From positions 224,001 through 288,000 of the forward strand of contig CAVPSB010000025.1 in NCBI GenBank assembly GCA_963708025.1: DNA of 64,000 nucleotides. The letters are read 5' to 3'. Positions within the stretch are counted from its first letter, which is position 1. Each line of letters opens with the position of its first letter. Under the pieces are notes generated by a model. That model worked only from the letters and a program-made list of their open reading frames with translations. It was not told where the DNA came from and did not search any database. The position numbers were made by a program, and so were the translations under genes. The stretch comes from an uncultured Candidatus Rokubacteria bacterium. GTDB lineage: Bacteria > Methylomirabilota > Methylomirabilia > Rokubacteriales > DASRDR01. Of this stretch, positions 51,210 through 61,376 are shown piece by piece.

Positions 51210-51863
51210 TCAGCATAGCCTTGCGGCCCGGGAGGCGTCCGCGACCGTCGCCAGGCCGGCCAGATAGGCCCTGGCCGGCGCCTGGGCGACGAGCGCGGAC
51301 CAGTCCGCGGCGTGGAGCAGCCTGCCATCCTGGATGAAGATGAAGCGCTCGCAGACCTCTCGCAGGATGTCGATGTGGTACGACTCGTGCGGATGGAGCG
51401 ACATCAGCACGAGCCGCTGTTCGGCGCGCAGGCGCCGGAAGAAGCCCAGCATGAAGCCGACATAGCCGTCCTGGGGGCTGAACTCCGGCTCGTCGAACAG
51501 GTGGATGAGCGGATAGTCCGTGCCGGCGCGTTCCAGCATGAAGCTCGGCCAGGTCCGGCGAAACCGCCGGATCTGATAGGACTGGTGATGGTGGATGGCG
51601 AGCCGATCGCGCTCGTCGTAGCGGACCCGGTGGATGTCCTTGCCGGCGCAATAGACCGAGCCGGCGGTCGGCCTGTTGCTGCCCGTGATGAGCTCGAACA
51701 GCGTCGTCTTGCCCGAGCCGTTCGGCCCCAGCACGCCCACGATGGCCGCCTTCTCGATCGTGAACTCGGCCTCGAGCGAGAAGGTGGGCCGGGCGCGCCA
51801 GCTGGCGCTCCGGTACACTTTCTTCAGTCCGCGGACGGCGAGGAGCGGGGGCTCCATCGTCAC
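51210..51863 (-). CDS. Atypical short ABC ATPase lacking the LSGGQ signature
   Basis: GPNGSGKTT and IHLFDEP are present, with no signature motif between them. GTGA overlap with livF. Confidence 0.8.
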   Translation of the reverse strand: MTMEPPLLAVRGLKKVYRSASWRARPTFSLEAEFTIEKAAIVGVLGPNGSGKTTLFELITGSNRPTAGSVYCAGKDIHRVRYDERDRLAIHHHQSYQIRRFRRTWPSFMLERAGTDYPLIHLFDEPEFSPQDGYVGFMLGFFRRLRAEQRLVLMSLHPHESYHIDILREVCERFIFIQDGRLLHAADWSALVAQAPARAYLAGLATVADASRAARLC

Positions 51864-52558
51864 ACCCCCAGGAGCCGCGCCCGCAGTCGACCGTCGGCGG
51901 CGAACTCGGCGGCGGGGCCGTGGTGGACGATGCGGCCGCGGTCGATCGCATAGACACGATCGCTCACCGCCAGTGCCGTGTGCGCGTTCTGGTCGACGAG
52001 AAGGACGGATAGACCCTCGCCCTTCATCTGGACGACGAGCTGCATCACGACCTGGGCGATCCTGGGCGCCAGGCCCTGCGTCGGCTCATCGAGCAACAAG
52101 AGCCCTGGCGAGCCCAGGAGCGCGCGGCCGATCGCCACCATCTGCGCCTCGCCGCCAGATAGGTTCTCGGCCTCGCGGGCCATGAGGTGCGGCAGCGCCG
52201 GGAACAGCCTGAACAGATCCTCGACGGCCCAGCTCCGGAAGGGGCTGGCTTTGCGGGCGATGTCGAGGTTGCGCGAGACGGTCAGGTTGGGAAAGACGCG
52301 GCGGTCTTCCGGTACCCAGCCCACGCCGGCGCGCGCGATCGTGTGCACCTCGGCGCGGGTGATGTCGGCGCCGTCGAGCCGGATCCGGCCGCGCCGGGCC
52401 GGCGTCAAGCCCAGGATCGAGCGGAGGATCGTCGTCTTGCCGGCGCCATTGGGGCCCAGAAGCGCCACGACCTCGCCCTCGCCGACCCCGAGCGTGACGC
52501 CGAAGAGCGCCTGGGTCTCGCCGTAGTACGTGTCGATGGAGTCGATCTCGAGCCTCAT
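51860..52558 (-). CDS. livF: Branched-chain amino acid ABC ATPase
   Basis: GPNGAGKTT, VPEDRRVF, LSGGEAQMVAIGRAL, LDEPTQGLAP. Confidence 0.9.
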   Translation of the reverse strand: MRLEIDSIDTYYGETQALFGVTLGVGEGEVVALLGPNGAGKTTILRSILGLTPARRGRIRLDGADITRAEVHTIARAGVGWVPEDRRVFPNLTVSRNLDIARKASPFRSWAVEDLFRLFPALPHLMAREAENLSGGEAQMVAIGRALLGSPGLLLLDEPTQGLAPRIAQVVMQLVVQMKGEGLSVLLVDQNAHTALAVSDRVYAIDRGRIVHHGPAAEFAADGRLRARLLGV

Positions 52559-53295
52559 GCCAGGCTGCCCAGGTTCGAGGCACGGACCCATCTGTCCTCG
52601 CGCAGCACGGCGGGCGTGCCCTCGGCGATGATCTGACCCCAGTGCATGACCGAGACATGGTCGGCCAGCCCGAACAGGACCGGCATGTTGTGCTCGATCA
52701 GCACGATGGTGACCGAGCGCTTCAGCTCGCGCAGCAGTTCCGAGAGCTGGACCACGGCGTCCGCGCTCAGTCCCGAGGTCGGCTCGTCCAGAAACAGGAT
52801 CTTCGGACGCTGGGCGAGTGCGATGGCGATGTCCAGCCGCCGGCGGTCGCCATACGGCAGGCTCTTCGCTGGCACGTGCGCCCTGTCCCGCAGGCCCACG
52901 CGCGCCAGCACGTCGAGACCCTCGGCCGCGTGCTCCTCGTGCATCAGCTCGCCGAACATGTCGTAGTTGCGCGCCCGGACCGCCGGCAGCGCCAGTACCA
53001 CGTTCAGGAGCGCGCTGAAGTCGTTGAACAGGTGTGGGGCTTGGAAGGACCGGGCGACGCCGCGGTCGGCGATGGCGCGCGGGGGAAGCCCGGTGATGTC
53101 GGTCCCGTCGAACACCACCCGTCCGCGGTCCGGCTTGAACCGACCGGTCAGCACGTTGAAGCACGTCGTCTTGCCGGCGCCGTTCGGCCCCATGATGCCG
53201 CTGAGCCGGCCCTCCTCGAAGGCGAGGTTGACCTCCTCGAGCACGACCTGGTGTCCGAAGCGCTTGTGCAGGTGATGGGTTTCAAACAACGCCAT
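52555..53295 (-). CDS. livG: Branched-chain amino acid ABC ATPase
   Basis: GPNGAGKTT, GVARSFQ, LPYGDRRRLDIA, IEHNM. Confidence 0.9.
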   Translation of the reverse strand: MALFETHHLHKRFGHQVVLEEVNLAFEEGRLSGIMGPNGAGKTTCFNVLTGRFKPDRGRVVFDGTDITGLPPRAIADRGVARSFQAPHLFNDFSALLNVVLALPAVRARNYDMFGELMHEEHAAEGLDVLARVGLRDRAHVPAKSLPYGDRRRLDIAIALAQRPKILFLDEPTSGLSADAVVQLSELLRELKRSVTIVLIEHNMPVLFGLADHVSVMHWGQIIAEGTPAVLREDRWVRASNLGSLA

Positions 53296-54319
53296 CGTCC
53301 GCCCTCGCGGGTTCGGCGGGAGCCGGCCGGCTGGCGGCGCGGCCGCGCCGGATGCGCGCCTGAAGGTCCTGCAGCATGCCCGCGATCCCCTCCGGCTTGA
53401 ACATGACGATGCCCATGAACATCAGACCATACCAGATGAGCCAGGTCCCGGTGAGCGCCCCCAGGACGTCGCGGGCGACGAAGAAGACGACCGTGCCGAG
53501 CACCGGTCCCCAGAAACTGACGAGGCCGCCGCCGGTCAGCGTCATCAGCACCACGATGCCCGACCATTGCAGCGTCATGACTTGCACGTAAGCGCCTTCC
53601 TGCGCCATGGCGAACAGTCCACCGGCCAGGCCCGCCACCATCGCGGACAGCACGAAGACGAGCCACTTGCAGAGCCAGATGTTGTAGCCGAGGAACCCGG
53701 CCCGCAGATCGTTCTGCTTGATCGCCTGCATGACGTGGCCGAACGGCGACTGGATCAGGCGCCACAGCAGCCAGACGACGACGGCGAAGACGGCGAGCAC
53801 GAAGTAGAAGAGGTGGACGTTCGTCTTCGTGCTGATCGACGCGAAGCCGAGCCCGACCGGCAACCGCCGGATGTTGAGGAGCCCGTCCTCGCCTCGGGTC
53901 ACCGTGTGCCACTTCGTGCAGATGAACACGAACATCTCGCCGAAGGCGATGGTCAACAGCGCGTAGTAGATGCCGCGCCGGTGCGAGATGAAGCTGGCTA
54001 CGAACGCGCCGGCCAGCGCCGCGGCGATCGCGGACGCGGCGAGGCACGCCCACAGGTTTGGAAGGACGTTGAACTGGAACAGCCCGAACGCATAGCCGCC
54101 GATGCCGAAGAAGGCGGCGTGCCCGAACGAGGGCAGCCCGGTGTAGCCGAGCGTCATGTTGTACGCCATGGCGAACAACGACCAGATCAGCACTTCGAGC
54201 GCGAGATAGTCGTACAGCCCGATCCGCTGCGTCCACAGCGGCATGCTCGCGAAGATCGCCACTGTCGCCAGGAGTGACAGCGGGAGAGGCCCGCGCAGGC
54301 GATCGGCCAGCGCCCCCAT
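53282..54319 (-). CDS. livM: Branched-chain amino acid ABC permease
   Basis: GYTGLPSFGHAAFFG, YALLTIAF, TRGEDG, GPVLG. Confidence 0.9.
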   Translation of the reverse strand: MGALADRLRGPLPLSLLATVAIFASMPLWTQRIGLYDYLALEVLIWSLFAMAYNMTLGYTGLPSFGHAAFFGIGGYAFGLFQFNVLPNLWACLAASAIAAALAGAFVASFISHRRGIYYALLTIAFGEMFVFICTKWHTVTRGEDGLLNIRRLPVGLGFASISTKTNVHLFYFVLAVFAVVVWLLWRLIQSPFGHVMQAIKQNDLRAGFLGYNIWLCKWLVFVLSAMVAGLAGGLFAMAQEGAYVQVMTLQWSGIVVLMTLTGGGLVSFWGPVLGTVVFFVARDVLGALTGTWLIWYGLMFMGIVMFKPEGIAGMLQDLQARIRRGRAASRPAPAEPARADDGVV

Positions 54320-54321
54320 GC

Positions 54322-55254
54322 TCACCTCTCCAGCATGCTCTGCGTGCCCAGGAGTCCGCGGCCGCGGAAGGTCACGACGGCGATCAGCAGCAGATACATC
54401 GAGAACAGCGACCAGTCGGTCTTGTAGGCACCGGTCAGCCCCACCACCATGCCGACGAGCAGCCCCGCCATCACCGGGCCCCAGAAGCTGCCGACGCCGC
54501 CGAGCACGATGATGACGAAGGCGGGGATCACGGCGTCCACGCCCATGTGCGGGCGAATGCCCCAGATCGGCGCCATGGCGAACCCGGCCAGCGCCGCCAG
54601 GCCGGTGCCGAAGGCGAACACGAAGAGCCGCAGCCGTCGCAGATTGACGCCGAGCACGCGCACCATCTCGCTGTCGTGCGCGCCGGCCTTGATGATGGCG
54701 CCGTAGGACGTGCGCTCGAGGAACAGCCACAGGAGCGCGATCAGCGCAACGGCGACGGCCGAGGCGAAGAACCGGTAGGTGGAGAAGAGCAGATCCCCGA
54801 CCACGAAGCCCGAGGAGATCGCGGCGGGGATCGGCAGGAACTTGTCGGCGCGGCCGAAGCCGGTGCGGATCGCCTCCTCGATGACCAGGGATGCGCCGAA
54901 GGTGAGCAGCAGGCCGTAGAGCGGAATCCGGTCGTAGGTGCGGCGCAGGCATACCTCCAGGGCCATGCCCACGATGGCGACCACCGCGGGCGCGATCACG
55001 AAGGCCAGGGCGTACCGCCAGCCGGCCGGCAGCGCGTAGAAGGGCTGGATCCAGCCGCTCAGGCGGGGCAGCGCGTCCTTGCTGAGCGTGACGAGTCCCA
55101 CGTAGGCGCCGAGCGCGAACAGCGAGCCGTGGGCCAGGTTGATCACCTCCATCATGCTGAGGATCAGCATGAAGCCCAGCGCCACCAGGGCGAACAGGAG
55201 ACCGAGCGTGAGCCCGTTGACGAGATGCGGAAGCAGGTCGTTGACGAATGCCAT
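54322..55254 (-). CDS. livH: Branched-chain amino acid ABC permease
   Basis: NGLTLGLLFALVALG, INLAHG, FVIIVLGGVGS. Confidence 0.9.
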   Translation of the reverse strand: MAFVNDLLPHLVNGLTLGLLFALVALGFMLILSMMEVINLAHGSLFALGAYVGLVTLSKDALPRLSGWIQPFYALPAGWRYALAFVIAPAVVAIVGMALEVCLRRTYDRIPLYGLLLTFGASLVIEEAIRTGFGRADKFLPIPAAISSGFVVGDLLFSTYRFFASAVAVALIALLWLFLERTSYGAIIKAGAHDSEMVRVLGVNLRRLRLFVFAFGTGLAALAGFAMAPIWGIRPHMGVDAVIPAFVIIVLGGVGSFWGPVMAGLLVGMVVGLTGAYKTDWSLFSMYLLLIAVVTFRGRGLLGTQSMLER

Positions 55255-55276
55255 CGGCCAGCCGAAGGGTCGGCGG

Positions 55277-55310
55277 GGGTGGGAGGAGGCCGATCGGCCT
55301 CCTCCCACCC
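55277..55310. other. Perfect 34-bp palindrome between the SBP and permease genes (mRNA-stabilising/attenuating stem-loop)
   Basis: gggtgggaggaggccga/tcggcctcctcccaccc. Confidence 0.75.
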
Positions 55311-55341
55311 GCAGCCAGCCGCCGGTTCGGGCCTGCCGCGA

Positions 55342-56634
55342 CTACATCTCGTAGGTCGGCGTGGCCTCGTAGGTCTCGAGCTTGCAGTCCTTCTCGGTCT
55401 CGGAGACCACGTCCTCGGGCTTCGCCATGCCGATGATCTTGAACAGGTCGGTCTTGTCCCGCGGCTCGAAGTTGCGGGCGCCCACGTAGACGGTCTGCTG
55501 GACGTGATGGCTGTTGCGGTCGATCCAGGCGTCGTGGTGCTGCATGCGGTCCCGCGCGGGCATCCGGTGGCCCTCGAGCGCCTTGATGATCTTGAGGTTG
55601 TTGGTGGAGCCCACGCGCTCGATGACTCGGATCAGCTCCCGCATCGCGTAGTAGCCGTTGTAGAACACGTTGCCTGGCACCGGCTCCGGGGCGCCGGGGA
55701 ACTTGCGCTGGTACTTGGCGTTGAATTCGACGACGCCCGGCAAGTCGAGATAGTGGTACCAGGTCGTGGGAAAGATCCCGAACACGCCGGACGGACCCAA
55801 GGGCCAGGCGTCGGGCCAGTCGGGCACGGCGCCGCCGGAGAAGCGCAGCTTCCGATCCAGGCCCTGGTCGATGACCTGCTGGCGCATCGACTTGAAGTCG
55901 TCGCCGCCGATCGCCGGGGCGACCACGTCGGCCTTGATCTGCTGCGCTTTCAGGAGGATCGCCGAGAAGTCGCGGGTGCCGACCGGCACCATGATCTCGT
56001 CCGCCACTTTGCCGCCGAAGCGCTCCAGCGTCCGGCGCGTGGCCGCCGACTGGTCACGGCCCCACACGTAGTCGTTGGTCAGGAGCAGCCAGCTCTTGCC
56101 GAACTGGTCGATGCCGGCCTTGACCGAGGCCAGGGCGAAGTTGTGCGAGTTGCCGTCCCACATGAACTTGGTGCGGTGGCAGTCCTTGCCCGACTCGGTG
56201 GTGGAGCTGGAGTTGGTATTGAAGTAGATGACGCCGTATTTCTGGCACACCTGCGAGATCGCGTTGGCGACGCCCGACTGCACGGCGCCGACGACGAAGG
56301 CGACCTCCTCGCGCGTGATGAAGCGCTCGGCCACGCGGGTGCCGGTGGCGGGCGTCGTTTCGGTGTCCTGCCAGACGTGGGTCAGCTTGCGGCCGAGGAC
56401 CCCGCCCTTCTCGTTCGCCTCCTCGATCGCCAGGATCGTGCCCAGCTTCTCCGACTGGCCGCTGGCGCCGAACTGGCCGCTGGCGTCGTGGGTGAGCCCG
56501 ATCTTGATCGGCTTGTCGGTGGCGGCGGCATAGACGTGCACGTGCTTCCAGGGACCCATGAAGGCGACGAGGCCCGCGGAAGCGGCGCCGGCCACCTTCA
56601 GTGCGTCGCGCCGGGAGAGCTTCGGTCGAGGCAT
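55342..56634 (-). CDS. Tat-exported LivK-family ABC substrate-binding protein
   Basis: SRRDALK, PIKIG, AIEEANEKGGVLGRK, DYVWG, DFSAILLKA. Confidence 0.9.
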   Translation of the reverse strand: MPRPKLSRRDALKVAGAASAGLVAFMGPWKHVHVYAAATDKPIKIGLTHDASGQFGASGQSEKLGTILAIEEANEKGGVLGRKLTHVWQDTETTPATGTRVAERFITREEVAFVVGAVQSGVANAISQVCQKYGVIYFNTNSSSTTESGKDCHRTKFMWDGNSHNFALASVKAGIDQFGKSWLLLTNDYVWGRDQSAATRRTLERFGGKVADEIMVPVGTRDFSAILLKAQQIKADVVAPAIGGDDFKSMRQQVIDQGLDRKLRFSGGAVPDWPDAWPLGPSGVFGIFPTTWYHYLDLPGVVEFNAKYQRKFPGAPEPVPGNVFYNGYYAMRELIRVIERVGSTNNLKIIKALEGHRMPARDRMQHHDAWIDRNSHHVQQTVYVGARNFEPRDKTDLFKIIGMAKPEDVVSETEKDCKLETYEATPTYEM

Positions 56635-56684
56635 GGATTCCTCCTCTCGACGAGAGTTCCACGAGGCGGTTCCCCCGGCTGACG

Positions 56685-56713
56685 ATCCTAGATCGGACAT
56701 TCTGGATTGTCAA
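56685..56713 (-). promoter_or_regulatory. sigma70 promoter of the liv operon
   Basis: TTGACA-17 nt-TAGGAT; the spacer is an imperfect palindrome (possible operator). Confidence 0.7.
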
Positions 56714-56807
56714 AGCACGCGGGACCAGGGCAAGTCGTATCCCGTCGCGCTCGGGGCCGAGGGATACTCGAGGACCCTCCGCTGACGGGCGGAATCGGAC
56801 TCAGCCC

Positions 56808-57561
56808 TCAGCCCATGAACGTCCCGCCGTTGACGTGGATCACCTGACCGGTGATCCACCGCGCCTCCTCGGACGCGAGGAACACGGCCACGCTCGCGAT
56901 CTCCTCCGGACGGGCCATCCGCCCCTCGAGCGGGATGTCGTGGGCGAGAGCTCGGAGCTCGGCCTCGGTGTGTCCGTATCGCGGCTGGGCGGTGTCGGTC
57001 AGCCCGGGCGCGATCGCGTTGACCCGGATGTGGTGGGGGGCGAGCGCCAGGGCCATCGCGCGGGTGAGCCCGACCACGCCGGCCTTGCTGGCGGCGTAGT
57101 GCACGCCGAGGGGCGTGCCCCGCACGGCGACCGACGAGAGGTTGACGATGGTTCCGGGGCGAGCCCCGGCCACCATCGCGCGGGCGGCCGCCTGGGCGCA
57201 GAGGAAGCTGCCCTTCAGGTTGACGTCGAGCACTCGGGCCCACTCGTCCTCGCATGATGTCGAGGAACGGCGATCGCGGGAAGATGCCGGCGTTGTTCAC
57301 GAGGACGTCGAGCGGGCCGAGCCCGGTCACGACGGCCTCGACCATCCGCCGCGCCTCCTCCGCCCGCGACACGTCACCCGGAATCAGGACCGCGCGCCGG
57401 CCACGGGCACGGACCTCGTCGGCGACCGCGCCGGCGGCGGTCTGGTCGTCGAGGTAGTTGACGCCGACGTCGGCGCCGTCTGCGGCGAGCGCGAGCGCGA
57501 TGGCACGCCCGATACCCTGTTGCGCTCCCGTGACGAGGGCGACCTTCCCGAGGAGTCGCAT
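56808..57561 (-). CDS. Short-chain dehydrogenase/reductase (FabG-like), frameshift near 57250
   Basis: TGAQQGIG, LVNNAG, YAASK, VNAIAPG. Confidence 0.9.
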
Positions 57562-57755
57562 CGCTGGCCTCCGTGTACGTCCCTCACCCTACCGCATCGG
57601 GGTGGGTCGGGAAAGCGCCCCCGGCGCGGGCCGGTGGGCGCGCGGGGACGGGGCAACGCCGGGGCCTTCCGGCCCAGCGACCCGATGCCGCGATGCAACC
57701 AAAGAGCAGCACGCGGGCCGCGTCCTCGGTCGGCACACTGTCTTGCGTCTTGACA

Positions 57756-57784
57756 TTGACCCCCGCCGAGACCGGGCGTAGAGT
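57756..57784 (+). promoter_or_regulatory. Putative sigma70 promoter with a long 5' leader
   Basis: TTGACC-17 nt-TAGAGT about 190 nt upstream of ATG 57976. Confidence 0.55.
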
Positions 57785-57975
57785 GGCGGACATCTTACCT
57801 TCCTCACCGGCCAACCTCAGGGCGGAGCGGGAGGTCTCCGCATCGTCCCCAGTCACCTGTCGCGCGCCCGGTCTTTGCCGGAGGTAGCGGCGTCACGGAG
57901 GCGTCCCGCGTGGAAACAGCCATCTGCATCATCCACCGCGGGGGGTGAATGCCGAGACCACGAAGGAGGTTCCCC

Positions 57976-58571
57976 ATGCACGGAGTCCTCAGGCATTACA
58001 CGCTCGATGCCAAGAACGTCAACGAGGTCATTCGCCGCGTCGCCGAGGGTGGCGTCCCGATCATCAAAGCCATTTCTGGCTTTGTCTCGTATGCGATCAT
58101 GGACGTCGGCGATGGCAGCCTGGTCACCTACAGCGTCTACGAGAGCAAGACCGGGGCGGAGGAGTCAACCAAGAAGGCGGCCGCGTGGGTGAAGGAGAAC
58201 ATCGCTGCGATGCTGCCGAATCCTCCGCGCGTGGTGGAGGGTGATGTCCGGCTGCGCGAGATCAAGGAGCAGCCGAAGTACGGCGTGATTCGACGCTACC
58301 AGGTCAACCCGCAGAACATCGACCAGATCGTCACCCGCGCCAAGAATGGTTTTCTGCCCCTCGTCACGCACGTGCCGGGGTTCGCGACCTATTCGATTCT
58401 CGATGCAGGGAAGGGCACGCTCGTGACCCTGAGCGGGTTCACGGCGCCGTCTGGAGCCGCGGAGTCAACCAAGGCCGCGGCGGCCTACGTGAAGGAACAC
58501 CTCGCCTCCCTGGTACCGAGTCCCCCGAGGTCACGTCAGGCGAGGTCAAGCTCATGGAGAGGGCGCGCTAG
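57976..58571 (+). CDS. Tandem dimeric alpha/beta-barrel (ABM-like) protein, frameshift near 58527
   Basis: Two internal repeats: GVLRHY..GFVSY..GAEESTKKAAAWVKE..PNPP and GVIRRY..GFATY..GAAESTKAAAAYVKE..PSPP. SD AAGGAGG. Confidence 0.7.
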
Positions 58572-58609
58572 GATGTGAAGGCTGGACCCATCCGTCTCCT
58601 GAAACACGG

Positions 58610-58635
58610 AGGCGCCAGGGATTCCCCTGGCGCCT
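58610..58635. terminator. Hairpin between convergent genes
   Basis: aggcgccaggg-attc-ccctggcgcct, with no strong U tract. Confidence 0.55.
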
Positions 58636-58657
58636 TGCCGCCTTCGGGCCTTTCCGG

Positions 58658-59155
58658 CTAACTCCGCAGCGCGGCCTGCACCTGGGCCAGGTGCTCCTCG
58701 GCGTGGCTGACGATGAACGACTCGAGGACCTCGGCCACGGTCATCTCACCCCTCTCGGGGGAGATGCCTCGCTTGCTGCGCTCGGCCATGGATAGCTTCC
58801 GGATCGCGCCCGCGGCGGCCCGAACTTCCTCCTGTAGCCGGCCCAGCAACGCGTCTGGCTGGGCGGCAGCACCGTGCGCAACCCCAGCGAGTCGTTCGGG
58901 CGAACCTGGCGTGCGTCCGAATGCGGGGGGCTCCCCGATGGCGGCGATCAGGACGCGACAATGGCTCAACCAGTACGGGATCATCTCCGTCATGTGTCCC
59001 AGCGTCTGCATCGCTGACCATTCGTTCTCTCCCGGTGCCGTGCGCAGACGCGAGGCCACGCCGGGTTCTCGCAGCAGCGTGGCCACTTGTTCGTAGACCC
59101 GCTCGAGTCGTTTGGCTTGCATCTCGCCGGGGCTCTCCGCGGCCTGTGGTGTCAC
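58658..59155 (-). CDS. DinB family protein
   Basis: EWSAMQTLGHMTE...HAEEHLAQV. SD AGGAGG before GTG 59155. Confidence 0.85.
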   Translation of the reverse strand: MTPQAAESPGEMQAKRLERVYEQVATLLREPGVASRLRTAPGENEWSAMQTLGHMTEMIPYWLSHCRVLIAAIGEPPAFGRTPGSPERLAGVAHGAAAQPDALLGRLQEEVRAAAGAIRKLSMAERSKRGISPERGEMTVAEVLESFIVSHAEEHLAQVQAALRS

Positions 59156-59404
59156 TTCCAGCCTCCTGGTGAGGATTGGAGCGGAGCGCTCGCCGACATG
59201 CCGGGCACGTCGGCTCGTCACGGGACAAAATAGCACATCGCCGTCCGACGGCCCCCTCCGGGGACCCAGGACTCTACAGGGGAATACCCACAAACAGAAG
59301 TGCTTCCAAAGAACCACGCCTTTCATGCGGCCTTCCGATACCGGCAAGCCTTCTCCGGCGGCATCTCGAGTGTGGCGGGTTCCCGCGTGATAACCTCGAC
59401 TCGG

Positions 59405-60409
59405 ATGCTCGGCCTACCCGATCTGCCCGACATGTGGCGCGTGCTCAAGGAGGCGGACCTGAACAAGATCCGCCTCGAAGCGGAGCGTCCCTTCCAGATG
59501 CTGCTCGTGGCCGAGAACGTCGGCGACGCCGAGCGACTGGCGGTGCTGCTGAGCGGCCCCGAGGCCACGCGCCATCCCTGGCTGCTCCCGGCCGACCCCG
59601 CCGAGGCCCGGCGGGCCGCTGGCTCCGGGATGCTGGACCTCGCCGTCGCGGTGAGCCCGACTCCCGCCCTCTCTCCCGACCTCGCCTTTGCCGTCAACGC
59701 CCTCCGGGAAGCGAGGGTGCCGATCGTGATGATCGTCTTCGGGAGCCGTGGCTCCAGCGCGGCCGTCGCGTGGCCCGGCGAAGCGGCGCGGGTGGCGGTG
59801 GCGCTTCTGGAGCCTTCCGCCGTGCCCGCGGTGGCCCAGGCCCTGCTGTCAGCCGTCTCCCCAGGGATGCGCCTCGCCCTCGCCCGTCACCTGGTCCCCC
59901 TACGCGAACCGCTCTTCGCGGAATTGATCGACGAGACGGCCAAGACGAACGCCATGTACGCCCTCACCACCGGCCTCGCGGAAGTCGTCCCTGTGCTGGA
60001 CGTGCCGCTGAACCTGGCCGACATCGTGGTCCTGACGAAGAACCAGCTCGTCATGAGCTACCGCATCGCCCTCGCCTCCGGCAAGAAGGGCACGCCGCGA
60101 GAGCTGGTCGGCGAGGTGCTCGGGGTGATCGGCGGCGGGTTCCTCTTCCGGCAGGCGGCGCGCCAGCTCGTGGGCTTGATCCCGGTGGCGGGGATCGTCC
60201 CCAAGGTGGCGGTGGCCTATGCGGGCACGCTGGTCATCGGCAAGGCGGTGGTGGCGTGGGCCGCCTACGGCACCGTGCTCGAACCCGGCGCCGTCAAGAA
60301 GCTCTACCAGCAGGCGCTCTCACGTGGCAAGGACGTGGCGCGGGCTCTCGTCGCCCAGGCGCGGGAGCGTGCGTCCCGCCGGCGCTGGCTCCGCTCCCGG
60401 CGCGGATGA
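59405..60409 (+). CDS. DUF697/YcjF-like protein
   Basis: ADIVVLTKNQLVMSYRIALA, RQAARQLVGLIPVAGIVPKVAVAYAGT. Confidence 0.7.
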   Translation: MLGLPDLPDMWRVLKEADLNKIRLEAERPFQMLLVAENVGDAERLAVLLSGPEATRHPWLLPADPAEARRAAGSGMLDLAVAVSPTPALSPDLAFAVNALREARVPIVMIVFGSRGSSAAVAWPGEAARVAVALLEPSAVPAVAQALLSAVSPGMRLALARHLVPLREPLFAELIDETAKTNAMYALTTGLAEVVPVLDVPLNLADIVVLTKNQLVMSYRIALASGKKGTPRELVGEVLGVIGGGFLFRQAARQLVGLIPVAGIVPKVAVAYAGTLVIGKAVVAWAAYGTVLEPGAVKKLYQQALSRGKDVARALVAQARERASRRRWLRSRRG

Positions 60410-60468
60410 TCCTCAGCCCCACTCACCGGTTCTCCAGGATCCGCCCGAGACCAGTGGCTGCCCCGAGG

Positions 60469-61119
60469 TCATCGCCGCGAGCTGCGCCAGCGAACGACCT
60501 GGACACCCTCCCACCACCAGGGCTGTCCGCGGTTCTTGCCGGCGAGCTCCACCAGGAGCTCCGCCCTCGAGCGGCGCGCGAGGTAGTCGCGCATCGCCCG
60601 CGCGACCTGGTCCCAGTCCGTGTCGTCCACGACCAACAGGGCCTCCTCGGCGAGGTAGGGCTCGACCAGCCGGAGACCCTCGACCTGCGACTCGTAGTCG
60701 TGAGCGGCGTCGTAGTAGTAAACGCCGACCCGCCGGTCCGCGAGCGCACCGCCGCGCAGGAGCGCGAACGCGTCGCCCTCCAGGAGGGTGTAGCCGGAGA
60801 GGCCGTACCGGCGAAGGTTCGCTTCGATCCGCTCGCGGCTGCCCTCGCCCAACGAGAAGTTGTCGATGCCGACAAATTCGCCCTGGTTGCCGAGCATCGC
60901 TGCGATGAGGCTGAGCCCCTTGAACGAGCCGACCTCGACGTAGCTCTCGCCCTCGTCGAGGAGAGAAGCGGCAAGGTTCAGGAGTGCGAGGTTGTTCTCG
61001 CGGGCGAGCCCACCGACTTCGGCGAGGATCGGCGCGAAGCGACGGTCCCTCGGGTGCTCTGAGCGCGGGTAGTCGTCGAAGAGGCGAGGCAGCTCGCGCG
61101 CGAACCGCTCGAGATTCAC
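60469..61119 (-). CDS. Class I SAM-dependent methyltransferase (Methyltransf_24-like)
   Basis: YVEVGSFKGLS, GIDNF, YYDAAHDYE, LLVVDD. Confidence 0.85.
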   Translation of the reverse strand: MNLERFARELPRLFDDYPRSEHPRDRRFAPILAEVGGLARENNLALLNLAASLLDEGESYVEVGSFKGLSLIAAMLGNQGEFVGIDNFSLGEGSRERIEANLRRYGLSGYTLLEGDAFALLRGGALADRRVGVYYYDAAHDYESQVEGLRLVEPYLAEEALLVVDDTDWDQVARAMRDYLARRSRAELLVELAGKNRGQPWWWEGVQVVRWRSSRR

Positions 61120-61376
61120 GACTGCGGCTGCCAGACACACTGGGGCTCGAGGGCCATCGCCGGCCTCCTTTCGATACCACGTACCCTGCCTGGCCACTCC
61201 CAAGCTCGAGCAGCAGCTCGATGTCGCGGCGCTTCGTGAGCCGCCACGCCAAATCTTCGAGGGACGGGCGCAATGAGACCGGGGACGTCCGCACGGTCTA
61301 CCTCGATGTGGACGGACACCGGGAGGCCCACGATCTCGGGCTGAGGCGCCACCGCCTTCGGTTGGCTCGGGAGCCG

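Noticed and set aside
57820-57900. c-di-GMP-I riboswitch
   Set aside because: Only a partial resemblance (cccggtct...ggtagcgg); the GGCAAA/GNRA/CGCAAAG core is missing.
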